The position numbers were made by a program, and so were the translations under genes. Below, one piece after another: positions 39,108 through 47,975 of a stretch of 64,000 nucleotides of DNA. How positions within the stretch are numbered: position 1 is the stretch's first letter; every line of letters begins with the position of its first letter. A model generated the notes under the pieces. The model saw nothing but the letters and a program-made list of their open reading frames with translations. It searched no databases and had not been told where the DNA came from. This DNA comes from Candidatus Saccharimonadota bacterium. Its GTDB lineage: Bacteria; Patescibacteriota; Saccharimonadia; Saccharimonadales; Saccharimonadaceae. The stretch is taken from NCBI GenBank assembly GCA_017431725.1, contig JAFRKN010000003.1, positions 25,912-89,911 of the forward strand. Direction: 5' to 3'.

Positions 39108-39189
39108 CACCCCCTCAAGCCCTGAGTTAATCTCGGGGCTTTTTCCTTACAGCATCACAAACCATGCTATAATATGAAAAAGGAGGAAA

Positions 39190-40155
39190 ATGAGCCAGTT
39201 TGACGAACAGTATATTAATTTATGCCGACGTATCCTAGCACATGGTGAAAAAATTACAAACTACAAAAAAGAAGATCAGCGTAAAAAATCTGTAGCCTCA
39301 GCTATTCCTGATCATGCAGCCCAAGCTTCTTCTGGCGCCAAAACTATTCGTTTACCACACCAAATTCTTCAATTCAACTTAGAAGAAGAATTTCCTATCT
39401 TAGTCTCAAAAAAAGTTGGGTTTAAAACTGCCGTTCTCGAAATTCTTTGGATTTATCAAGCCGCCTCAAACGACGTTCGCTGGCTCAAAGAACGTAACGT
39501 TAAAATTTGGGATGAGTGGGAAATTTCTGAGTCTGGCGAGTACCAGGGACGTAATCTCAACCAAATTTTTGCAGAAAAACATCCTTCCGAACCTAAAGAA
39601 AATTTTGCTCACACTATTGGCACTGCCTATGGTTGGATTGTCAAAAAATACAATCTAATCGAAAACTTAATTGAAACTCTAAAAACCAATCCAGGCAACC
39701 GTCGTATGGTGCTTTCTCTCTGGCAAAACGAATGGCTTGAAACTGCCGCACTACCTTCTTGCGTCTGGAACACAGAATGGAATTTAATTGATGGCCACCT
39801 CAATCTTTTAGTCAATTCTCGCTCATCTGATGTCCCTCTAGGCCTCCCTTTTAATATAGTTCAGTACGCGGTTCTCTGTCATCTAATCGCTCAAACTATC
39901 AATGCTAAACCCGGTCAAATGACTTTTGTGACGAACGACGCCCATATTTATGAGAATCAAATCGACGGCATTAAAGAGCAAATCTCTCGCTATGAAAAAG
40001 CAGTCAAATCAGGCACTTTACCAAAAACTCCAAAGCTCTGGCTTAATCCCGATATTCAAGATTTCTATGCTTTTGACAACTCTCGCGAATTAAAAGATAT
40101 TAAATTAGAAAATTATGAAAATCTCGGTGTTATTAAAATGCCCGTAACAGAATAG
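39190..40155 (+). CDS. thyA: Thymidylate synthase
   Basis: EILWI, IWDEW, RRMVLSLW, ALPSC, RSSDVPLGLPFN, DAHIYENQ. Confidence 0.97.
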   Translation: MSQFDEQYINLCRRILAHGEKITNYKKEDQRKKSVASAIPDHAAQASSGAKTIRLPHQILQFNLEEEFPILVSKKVGFKTAVLEILWIYQAASNDVRWLKERNVKIWDEWEISESGEYQGRNLNQIFAEKHPSEPKENFAHTIGTAYGWIVKKYNLIENLIETLKTNPGNRRMVLSLWQNEWLETAALPSCVWNTEWNLIDGHLNLLVNSRSSDVPLGLPFNIVQYAVLCHLIAQTINAKPGQMTFVTNDAHIYENQIDGIKEQISRYEKAVKSGTLPKTPKLWLNPDIQDFYAFDNSRELKDIKLENYENLGVIKMPVTE

Positions 40156-40162
40156 GAGGAAT

Positions 40163-42013
40163 ATGTTTAGCATCATTGCCGCAATAGGTAAAAATAACGA
40201 ACTAGGCAAAAACAACGGTCTAATTTTTCATATAAAAGAAGATATGAATTTTTTTCGCGAAACTACGACCGGCCACCAAGTCGTCATGGGTTATAATACC
40301 TGGAAATCTCTCCCTAGTAAACTAAAAAACCGTCACAATATCGTTATCTCGGAAAAAAAATTTACTGGCCCTGACGAAGTTATAACAGATTTAAATGCTT
40401 TCATTGCCAAAAATCAAACCTCTAAAGAAGAGATTTTTGTTATCGGTGGTGGAATGATTTATCGCGAATTTCTCCCCTATACTAAAAATCTTTATCTAAC
40501 CGAAGTTGATGCTACAGACTCTTCCGCTACAGTTTTTTTTCCAGATTTTGACCATTCTGACTATCAAAAAGAAATTATCAAAAAAGGCTCTGAGAATAAT
40601 CTAAGCTACACTTTTGTTAAATATATAAAAAAGGAGAAAAAAATGAAAGATCCAGTATTTGACCTAATTGACGAAGAAAAAAAGCGTCAAAACGAAGGTT
40701 TTGAGCTTATTCCCAGTGAAAATTATGTTTCTAAAAACGTTTTAGATGCTATGGGCTCAATTTTAACCAACAAATATTCCGAAGGTTATCCCAATTTTGA
40801 AGGAATTAAAGATTGGCCAGAAGAAAAAATCGCTACAACAATTTTACCTAATTATCGCTATTATGGTGGTCAAAAAAATATTGATCGTATCGAAAGGCTA
40901 GCCATTAGTCGCGCCTGCAAACTATTTGATGCCGATCACGCCAACGTTCAGCCTCATTCCGGCGCCAACGCTAATGAAGCAGTCTACTATGCCTGGCTAG
41001 AACCTGGCGACAAAATCCTTGCTATGAGCCTTCCAGCTGGTGGTCATTTAACCCACGGCGCCCCTGTTACACGTTCTGCCAAAATTTATCAATTTTTAGG
41101 TTATGGCGTAACCGAAGATGGCGACATAGACTACGACGAAATGGAAAAACTCGCTCTTTCAGAAGATATTAAATTAATCTTAGTCGGCTATTCGGCCTTC
41201 CCTAAAATTCCCGATTTCAAGCGCGTAGCCACTCTCCGTCAAAAAGCCGAAGCAAAATGGGGACACGAGATTTTATTGATGGCCGATATGGCCCATGTTT
41301 CTGGCCTTATCGCTGGCCAAACCCACCCCAATCCTCTGGATTATGGTTTTAATGTCATGACTACCACCACTCACAAAACCTTACGTGGTCCACGTGGCGG
41401 CATTATCTTAAGCAAGGGCATTGTTAATTCTCCTCTCAAAAAACCAGAGAGAAAATTAGCAAATATACCAACTCTGATTGATCGCGCCGTCTTTCCTGGC
41501 ACTCAAGGTGGTCCATTAGAACACATCATCGCCGCCAAAGCTGTCGCTTTTGGCGAAGCCCTAAAACCAAAGTTTAAAACTTATGCCAAAAATGTCATTA
41601 AAAATGCTAAGGTACTAGCTCAAGAATTAATCAAATTAAATTTCGTTCTACAAGGAGATGGTACTGAAAATCATTTAATTTTAATTAATATTAAAGAAAG
41701 TTTTAACATTGATGGAAAATTTTATGAAAAAGCTCTCGATCAAGTTGGCCTCACTTTGAATGCCAATTCTCTCCCTAGCGATAAAAGTGGCGCTTTTCGC
41801 CCCAGTGGTGTCAGACTTGGCACTCCCGCCATCACTACTCGCGGGCTTGGCGAGCAAGATATGGAAACCTTAGCTCTCTGGATGAAAAAAATTGCCAATA
41901 TTTGCAAAGAAGCAAAAACTGAAGAAAATCTTCCTGAATTTTCTGCCGAGCTCGAAACTATTAAAGCCGAAGTCAGAGCATTAGCGTTAAAATTTCCTGT
42001 TCCAAACAGATAA
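40163..42013 (+). CDS. folA-glyA: Dihydrofolate reductase and serine hydroxymethyltransferase in one uninterrupted ORF (internal SD and ATG at 40643)
   Basis: Residues 1-160 DHFR (IAAIGKNNELG, VVMGYNTW, FVIGGG); residue 161 onward SHMT (LIPSEN, NKYSEGYP, RYYGG, QPHSGA, TTTHKTLRGPRGG). Confidence 0.92.
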   Translation: MFSIIAAIGKNNELGKNNGLIFHIKEDMNFFRETTTGHQVVMGYNTWKSLPSKLKNRHNIVISEKKFTGPDEVITDLNAFIAKNQTSKEEIFVIGGGMIYREFLPYTKNLYLTEVDATDSSATVFFPDFDHSDYQKEIIKKGSENNLSYTFVKYIKKEKKMKDPVFDLIDEEKKRQNEGFELIPSENYVSKNVLDAMGSILTNKYSEGYPNFEGIKDWPEEKIATTILPNYRYYGGQKNIDRIERLAISRACKLFDADHANVQPHSGANANEAVYYAWLEPGDKILAMSLPAGGHLTHGAPVTRSAKIYQFLGYGVTEDGDIDYDEMEKLALSEDIKLILVGYSAFPKIPDFKRVATLRQKAEAKWGHEILLMADMAHVSGLIAGQTHPNPLDYGFNVMTTTTHKTLRGPRGGIILSKGIVNSPLKKPERKLANIPTLIDRAVFPGTQGGPLEHIIAAKAVAFGEALKPKFKTYAKNVIKNAKVLAQELIKLNFVLQGDGTENHLILINIKESFNIDGKFYEKALDQVGLTLNANSLPSDKSGAFRPSGVRLGTPAITTRGLGEQDMETLALWMKKIANICKEAKTEENLPEFSAELETIKAEVRALALKFPVPNR

Positions 42014-42034
42014 AATATGGTATAATAAAAAGGT

Positions 42035-42110
42035 GGGGTGCTAGCTCATCTGGTAGAGCGCGACATTCGCATTGTCGAGGTGAGGAGTTCGAGTCTCCTG
42101 CACTCCACCA
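42035..42110 (+). tRNA. tRNA-Ala(CGC)
   Basis: GGGGTGC/GCACTCC acceptor, CGACA-TTCGCAT-TGTCG anticodon arm, GTTCGAGTC, encoded CCA. Confidence 0.96.
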
Positions 42111-42116
42111 ACATAG

Positions 42117-42150
42117 GAAGCGAGAACGAAAGTCTTGCTTTTTTGATGCA
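42117..42150. repeat. Copy of the tRNA-associated motif unit, inverted relative to the tRNA
   Basis: GAAGCGAGAACGAAAGTCTTGCTTTTTTGATGCA aligns with GAAGTGAGAACCGATGTCCTGCTTTTTAATGCA at 33630-33662. Confidence 0.75.
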
Positions 42151-42239
42151 TCATTTCTTGACATTTTAGCATAAGTGTGATATAATAAGGTCATATGGCT
42201 TAGACCATAGTAATAATTTACATAAAGGAGGGGTCACGG

Positions 42240-42998
42240 GTGCAAGAACTCCGTCCCAGAAAAGTCAGATGTGCCTTATTTGTTGTTGTCTTTTTAGTAA
42301 TAGGAATTCTCATTGGCATTAGATCGCCTCATCAAGAAACTCCTATTCAAACCGCTGAAACCAAAGTCGAGTTAAAAGCTATTCCGTTAGAGGAAAAAGC
42401 TATTTTGACTAAAATCAAACGGGATGGAGCTACCGAAAATATTGAAAAAGGGTTAAAACCCGTAGAAGCTACTGTCACCACCGCCGTTGTCGAAGAACCA
42501 GTCTCTTATCAAGATTGGGACTACCAAACTGTAGCTGCAGTTTATAACTGGGCCACCAGTTCTAATGATGGCACCATCTCTGATTACGAAAAGCAAATGA
42601 TGGCCCAGCTTCTCTATGGGGAAGCCAACTCAGTCGCATCCGAAGCTGAAAGAGCTATGGTCGTCTGGACCATTCTGAATCGTTATGATTCAGGTGCGTT
42701 CGGAGACAGTGTTTCTGAAATCGTTTCTGCCCCCATGCAGTTCACAGGTTACGATTCTAGTAACCCCGTAACTGACGCTAATCTTTCCCTTGTCGAAGAT
42801 GTTCTCGACAGATGGGAACGGGAGAATGCCGGCGAAGAAAACGTCGGCCGCACCCTTCCAGAAGAATATTGTTACTTTGTAGCAGATTCCGACCCGTCCG
42901 CAGGCGAGTGGCATAATGCCTTCTACGCCTACGAATACGGTAACCAAGGAGAAAAAGTTTGGTATGATTATGAAAATCCAGACGAAAATCCCTATTGA
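42240..42998 (+). CDS. SleB/Hydrolase_2-like cell wall hydrolase, membrane-anchored
   Basis: MAQLLYGEA, VWTILNR, EIVSAPMQF; GTG start, AGGAGGGG SD, promoter TTGACA-17-TATAAT at 42158-42186. Confidence 0.75.
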   Translation: MQELRPRKVRCALFVVVFLVIGILIGIRSPHQETPIQTAETKVELKAIPLEEKAILTKIKRDGATENIEKGLKPVEATVTTAVVEEPVSYQDWDYQTVAAVYNWATSSNDGTISDYEKQMMAQLLYGEANSVASEAERAMVVWTILNRYDSGAFGDSVSEIVSAPMQFTGYDSSNPVTDANLSLVEDVLDRWERENAGEENVGRTLPEEYCYFVADSDPSAGEWHNAFYAYEYGNQGEKVWYDYENPDENPY

Positions 42999-43045
42999 TA
43001 CCAAAAACCACCCCAAAGGGTGGTTTTTTCCAGGTTATCAACCTT

Positions 43046-43447
43046 TTAACGCTTAGAGAACTGCTCTTTCTTACGCGCCGAACGCAAACCATATTTTTTG
43101 CGCTCTTTCTCACGTGGATCGCGCTTCATCATTCCCGCCTTTTTTAGAACCGGGCGAAGATCCGGCGCCTCCGCCGTCAAAGCTTTAGAAATTGCTAACT
43201 TAGTCGCATCAACCTGCCCAGCTAAACCTCCACCCTTCACGACAATCGTAATGTCGTATTCTTTTTGCTTCTCAGCCAAAGCTAACGGGTCAGTAATTTC
43301 AGCTAAATAGGTCTTATTTCCTGATAAATATTCTAAAGCCGGTTTGCCATTGATAGTAATTTCGCCCTTACCTTTATAGAGACGCGCTGTTGCGGTCGCA
43401 GACTTCCGTCTCCCTAAACCGTAAGTATATTTCTTCGTCGCTACCAT
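43046..43447 (-). CDS. rpsI: 30S ribosomal protein S9
   Basis: GRRKSATA, GGGLAGQ, RDPREKERKKYG...QFSKR. Confidence 0.98.
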   Translation of the reverse strand: MVATKKYTYGLGRRKSATATARLYKGKGEITINGKPALEYLSGNKTYLAEITDPLALAEKQKEYDITIVVKGGGLAGQVDATKLAISKALTAEAPDLRPVLKKAGMMKRDPREKERKKYGLRSARKKEQFSKR

Positions 43448-43872
43448 TATTTAATCTCCTTTGGATTTTGAGCCGCGTGTGCATGTTCTGCCCCACTAAA
43501 TACGCGTAGCCTCTTTAATCTATCTGCAGCCAACTTATTTTTTGGCAACATCCCCTTCACTGCTTCATTTATCGCTCGCGCCGGATCTTTTTCAATCACT
43601 TCTTCAAGTTTTAATTCCTTTATTCCACCTGGATAACCACTATGTCGGTAATATTTTTTCTGCGTCATCTTTTCGCCTGTTACAACCAAATCTTTTGCAT
43701 TAATTACTATTACATAGTCCCCATTATCAATATGCGGTGTATAGGTAATCTTAGACTTCCCCATCAATTTATCAGCAATTATCACTGCCAATTTTCCTAA
43801 TGGCATCGTCGAAGCATCAATTAACCACCATTCGCGCTTAATTTCGGATCCTTTTTGACTAAAAGTTTTCAT
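43447..43872 (-). CDS. rplM: 50S ribosomal protein L13
   Basis: WWLIDA, YTPHIDNGD, RHSGYPGG, GMLPKN. Confidence 0.98.
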   Translation of the reverse strand: MKTFSQKGSEIKREWWLIDASTMPLGKLAVIIADKLMGKSKITYTPHIDNGDYVIVINAKDLVVTGEKMTQKKYYRHSGYPGGIKELKLEEVIEKDPARAINEAVKGMLPKNKLAADRLKRLRVFSGAEHAHAAQNPKEIK

Positions 43873-44288
43873 TATTTAGCCTCCTTTTTAGTGGTCTCTT
43901 TCTTCGCTGGTTCTTTTTTCTCTTCAAATGAAATATCATCGACAAAACTAATTGTCCCCATTTCTGAATTGTCCCCTCTTCTATATCCAGCATGCTCAAT
44001 CTTTAGATAACCAGAATTCCGCTTTATTTGTGGAGCAATTACGTCCATCAATAAAGCAGCGACTTCCATATCATTCAAGCGTGCAATAATCAACCGTCGA
44101 TTAGCAAGTCCACCTTTTTTCGCAAGAGTAATCAACTTTTCAGTCATGCGACGAATTTCTTTTGCCCGTGCCAAAGTAGTTGTAATAGATTGATATTGTA
44201 TTAGAGAGCACATCAGCCCACGCACTAGCGCCCTCCTTTGGTCAGTTTTACGGCCGAATTTTCGGCCTCTTTTTCCATGTGCGTGCAT
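43872..44288 (-). CDS. rplQ: 50S ribosomal protein L17
   Basis: RKFGRKTDQRRAL, ITTTLARAKE. Confidence 0.97.
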   Translation of the reverse strand: MHAHGKRGRKFGRKTDQRRALVRGLMCSLIQYQSITTTLARAKEIRRMTEKLITLAKKGGLANRRLIIARLNDMEVAALLMDVIAPQIKRNSGYLKIEHAGYRRGDNSEMGTISFVDDISFEEKKEPAKKETTKKEAK

Positions 44289-44289
44289 A

Positions 44290-45240
44290 TTAAATATTTA
44301 ACTCCATTAACTTTTCTTTAACCTCGTCTAATGCCTTAGTACCAAATCCTTTCAAATCTTTTAGATCCGTTTCCGAAAGCATCACGAGATCACGAATTGT
44401 CTTTATATCATTATTCAGTAATGCATTAGCAGTCCGGGCTGAAAGGTCAAGCTCCTCAATTGGTAGCATCAACCCAGAATCATCTTCCTCAGACCTTACT
44501 CCAGGAGCAGGCGTTGATTCAATTTTTGTCCCCCCAGCTAGAGCAGTATATTGATTTACCAAAATTGCTGCTGCTTCTTCAAAAGCTTCTCGAGGAGTCA
44601 TAGTCCCATCCGTATCAATAGTGAGCGTAAGCTGTTGTAAATTTGTATCCCGTCCTACACGGGTATTTTCCACTTTATAACGTACTCTTAAAACTGGCGT
44701 AAAAACTGCATCAACCGCAATCATATCACTATGTACTCTAGTTTCGCTTGATTGTTCGATCGTTAGATACCCTCTGCCAGTCTCAACAATAAAATGCATC
44801 TTTAATACTGTCTTTGGATTATCAATATGACAAATCACCTGATTTGGATTTGCAATTTCCACTTCAGCCGGCAACTTAATATCTCCAGCTACAACTCGTT
44901 TATCACCATCTTTTTCAGATTGTTTATCGCCCTTCATTTCTAGGCTTAATTCCACTGGTGCATCTGTATGACATTTAAATCGAATATTCTTAAGATTTAA
45001 CATAATGTCCACTACATCTTCCCTAATACCAGGGATAGAAGTGTATTCATGAGTTGAGCCTTCAATCGAAAACGCCGTAATCGCCGCTCCTTTTACGCTC
45101 GACAAAAGAACACGTCTCAGAGAATTACCTAATGTATTGCCATACCCATAATAAAGCGGCTTAATGACAAATTCAGCACTATTTCGGCCAAGATCCTTTA
45201 CTTCAGCCAATGTTGCTTCGTGAATATTTTTTGTAGTCAT
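44290..45240 (-). CDS. rpoA: RNA polymerase alpha subunit
   Basis: GYGNTLGNSLRRVLLSS, IEELDLSARTANAL, KGFGTKAL. Confidence 0.98.
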   Translation of the reverse strand: MTTKNIHEATLAEVKDLGRNSAEFVIKPLYYGYGNTLGNSLRRVLLSSVKGAAITAFSIEGSTHEYTSIPGIREDVVDIMLNLKNIRFKCHTDAPVELSLEMKGDKQSEKDGDKRVVAGDIKLPAEVEIANPNQVICHIDNPKTVLKMHFIVETGRGYLTIEQSSETRVHSDMIAVDAVFTPVLRVRYKVENTRVGRDTNLQQLTLTIDTDGTMTPREAFEEAAAILVNQYTALAGGTKIESTPAPGVRSEEDDSGLMLPIEELDLSARTANALLNNDIKTIRDLVMLSETDLKDLKGFGTKALDEVKEKLMELNI

Positions 45241-45254
45241 TTACTTATATCTCC

Positions 45255-45872
45255 TTAGCGTGAGTAATACTCAACAATTAATTGTTCATTAATACCAGCA
45301 TCTGCCTCCTCGCGTTTTGGAAGAGCGGTAATTTCAATTTTCATTTTTTTCGCATCGGCCTTTAACCACGAAAGCGGAGTTGCACTGGATGCCCCCACAA
45401 TATTCGGGAGATTCTTGAAATATTCAGTTTTACTAGATTTCGGACGCACTTCTAAAATATCGCCTGGTTTTAAGCGTATTGAAGGAATATCAATCCTTCG
45501 ACCATTCAAAACAAAATGTCCATGCGAGACTAATTGGCGAGCTTGTCGCCTCGTCAAAGCAAATCCTGCTCGATAAACTACGTTGTCGGTTCTTCGTTCC
45601 AAAAATTCCAACAATTTTTCACCCGTCAAACCTTCAGCTTTTTGTGCCTCTTTCATTAATTTTGCAAATTGTTTTTCTAGAAGCCCATACATTCTACGTA
45701 CTTTTTGTTTTTCGCGCAACTGTGTAAGATATAGGCTACCACCTCTCACCCTCATATCGCCATGCTCACCCGGAATACCAGATTTTTTGGCCATAATTTT
45801 ATGAGCCTTCGGCGCTAAAGCAAAACCTTCACGACGACTCTGTTTTACAACTGGAGAATAATCCCGTGCCAT
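45255..45872 (-). CDS. rpsD: 30S ribosomal protein S4
   Basis: QLREKQKVRRMYG, LERRTDNVVYR, ARQLVSHGH, IVEYYSR. Confidence 0.98.
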   Translation of the reverse strand: MARDYSPVVKQSRREGFALAPKAHKIMAKKSGIPGEHGDMRVRGGSLYLTQLREKQKVRRMYGLLEKQFAKLMKEAQKAEGLTGEKLLEFLERRTDNVVYRAGFALTRRQARQLVSHGHFVLNGRRIDIPSIRLKPGDILEVRPKSSKTEYFKNLPNIVGASSATPLSWLKADAKKMKIEITALPKREEADAGINEQLIVEYYSR

Positions 45873-46309
45873 TATGGTTTCCTTTCTCCCTTCGGTCGCA
45901 CACCACCATGTGCAATCGGGGTTATATCAGTAATACTATCAATTTTTATTCCTACCGCAGACACAGCCCTAATTGCCGCATCTCGGCCTAGACCAATACC
46001 CGAAACGTAAACATCAACCGAATTTAACGCGTGATTCTTTTTAGCTAATTCCAAAGCCTTTTCTGCTGCCACCCCCGCCGCAAAAGCCGTTCCTTTTTTC
46101 GATCCACGAAAACCATTAGCACCAGCCGAGGAAGTAGTTAAAACCCCGCCATTTTTATCAGTCACGCTAATTATTGTGTTATTGAAAGTAGCTTGAATAT
46201 GTACAGCTCCAGCATTAACAATCCGTTTGCCCTTTTTCCCAGCTTTCGACTTCGAAGCTTTTACTTCCCCCACTTCAGTATTAGTAATTTTATTTTCTTC
46301 TTCTACCAT
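45872..46309 (-). CDS. rpsK: 30S ribosomal protein S11
   Basis: HIQATFNNT, GFRGSKKGT, DITPIAHGG. Confidence 0.98.
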   Translation of the reverse strand: MVEEENKITNTEVGEVKASKSKAGKKGKRIVNAGAVHIQATFNNTIISVTDKNGGVLTTSSAGANGFRGSKKGTAFAAGVAAEKALELAKKNHALNSVDVYVSGIGLGRDAAIRAVSAVGIKIDSITDITPIAHGGVRPKGERKP

Positions 46310-46319
46310 CTTCTACTCC

Positions 46320-46706
46320 TTAAGTCTTACTCGCTGCCTTAGGTTGTGTTCCGCCAACTGCAATTGCTTTACCCTTACGAGTACGTGCATTCGTTCGAGT
46401 TCGCTGGCCATTGACTGGTAATTTAGCTTTATGGCGAATACCTTTGTAGGAATTAATATCCTTTAAACGTTTAATATTATTACTCACGAGACGCTTAAGA
46501 TCGCCCTCAACGTGATATTTCGTAGAAATAATATCGTTGATTTTTTGTTCTTCAGCCTCGGTGAGATCTTTCACCCGAGTGGTAGGCTCGATTTTAGCCT
46601 CCGCAAGGATTTTTTTGCTTGTTGTTTGGCCAATTCCATACACATAAGTAAGCGCAATCCACACTTGCTTTTCAGACGGAATTACAACACTAGCTATTCT
46701 AGCCAT
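46320..46706 (-). CDS. rpsM: 30S ribosomal protein S13
   Basis: [26 protein letters not shown]. Confidence 0.98.
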   Translation of the reverse strand: MARIASVVIPSEKQVWIALTYVYGIGQTTSKKILAEAKIEPTTRVKDLTEAEEQKINDIISTKYHVEGDLKRLVSNNIKRLKDINSYKGIRHKAKLPVNGQRTRTNARTRKGKAIAVGGTQPKAASKT

Positions 46707-46708
46707 AT

Positions 46709-46825
46709 TTAACCCTGCCTTTGCTTATTCTTAGGTTTTTTCTTATTGATGACTCTTAGCACTCCCTTCCGGCGCACTATAATATCATCAGGTGAGATTT
46801 TTTTAACACTTGCACGTACTTTCAT
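46709..46825 (-). CDS. rpmJ: 50S ribosomal protein L36, zinc-free type (not in ORF track)
   Basis: Manual translation [38 protein letters not shown] between infA and rpsM. Confidence 0.95.
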   Translation of the reverse strand: MKVRASVKKISPDDIIVRRKGVLRVINKKKPKNKQRQG

Positions 46826-46972
46826 AGTGTCAAAATATCCTTTCCCATTATATTTTTAAGTTTTTAAATCTTAATATTAAGTTACGTAATCTCAATATTA
46901 AGATTTTATGATTTTCACCCCTGTTAATTTTTCAGGCCAAAAATCATCATCTCAAACTTAAAAATGTTAATA

Positions 46973-47197
46973 TTAATCTTTGAGTCGAAAACTGATTCTA
47001 CCCTTTGTAAGATCGTAAGGGGTTAACTCAACCTCGACTCTGTCACCCGGGACCAAACGAATGTAGTTTTTCCGCATGCGTCCACTCATATGGGCAACAA
47101 TAACATGACCATTCTCGAGTTCTACTCGAAATTGAGTATTAGGCAGCGCCTCAATAACACTACCAGTGAGTTTAATCACTTCCTTTTGACTAGCCAT
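46973..47197 (-). CDS. infA: Translation initiation factor IF-1
   Basis: [29 protein letters not shown]. Confidence 0.98.
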   Translation of the reverse strand: MASQKEVIKLTGSVIEALPNTQFRVELENGHVIVAHMSGRMRKNYIRLVPGDRVEVELTPYDLTKGRISFRLKD

Positions 47198-47288
47198 AAA
47201 TTACCTAACCAGTTTATCATAGAATTAAAAGTTTGTAAAGAGCAAATAATCAATATTTTAGCTTGAATAAACCCAAAAATATCAATTT

Positions 47289-47975
47289 TTACTCTTCTAC
47301 TAAAATTGCTCTTGTGAATTGTCTAGAAAGATACGTTTTCTGTTGTTGTGACCACTCGCCCGTGCAAGAAATCAATGTCAAAGACTCTTTACCTTTTTCT
47401 GGCGATTTCACCGCCACCGACATATAATTATCTGCTTCGCTTAAAGGTATTTCTTTATTTTCCACGACTTGATATTTTAAAATCAAACCGTCTCCTCTTT
47501 CAACTATAATCAAATCTCCATTAACAAGTGTAGGGAGCTGCTTAAAAACTCCGTGCTTCGTCGGTCCACCATTATGGCCATCAATAACCATCGTCCCTCC
47601 TTGACCAGGTTTGCCAGAAGCTTCATACCATCCCACATCAAAAATATTACTCGGTGTAGCTAATTCACCTTTTGAATTAACGCCCATCGGCAAAATTCTG
47701 GCTTTATTTACCCCTAATTTACTAATTGAAAGATATCTCGGCCTATCGACAGCTACCACATATTCTTTTACTTCTTGGTCGGTCGGTTCTATTTCAATCA
47801 ATTCTTCTTCCTCTTCCAAAATTTGAGCAGTCTCTCTTTCGCTACCTTCCTTTTCGTTATAATAATTATTTTCAAAAACTATCACCCTAATTAAAAAGAT
47901 CAGAAACAAAATTCCTAAAAGCGACCAAATAGCCCACTTTAGAATCTTTCGCCACCCTTTAATTTTTAAGCTCAT
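47289..47975 (-). CDS. Class F sortase
   Basis: TM anchor, DVGWY, IDGHN, LTLISCTGEW. Confidence 0.85.
   Translation of the reverse strand: MSLKIKGWRKILKWAIWSLLGILFLIFLIRVIVFENNYYNEKEGSERETAQILEEEEELIEIEPTDQEVKEYVVAVDRPRYLSISKLGVNKARILPMGVNSKGELATPSNIFDVGWYEASGKPGQGGTMVIDGHNGGPTKHGVFKQLPTLVNGDLIIVERGDGLILKYQVVENKEIPLSEADNYMSVAVKSPEKGKESLTLISCTGEWSQQQKTYLSRQFTRAILVEE

Noticed and set aside
33533-42998. Prophage or genomic island bounded by tRNA att duplications
   Set aside because: The duplicated ends are only 43-66 nt apart, and no integrase or phage structural genes are present.
46866-46906. AT-rich imperfect palindrome between infA and rpmJ
   Set aside because: Single copy and low complexity; it could be a terminator or operator but cannot be supported further.
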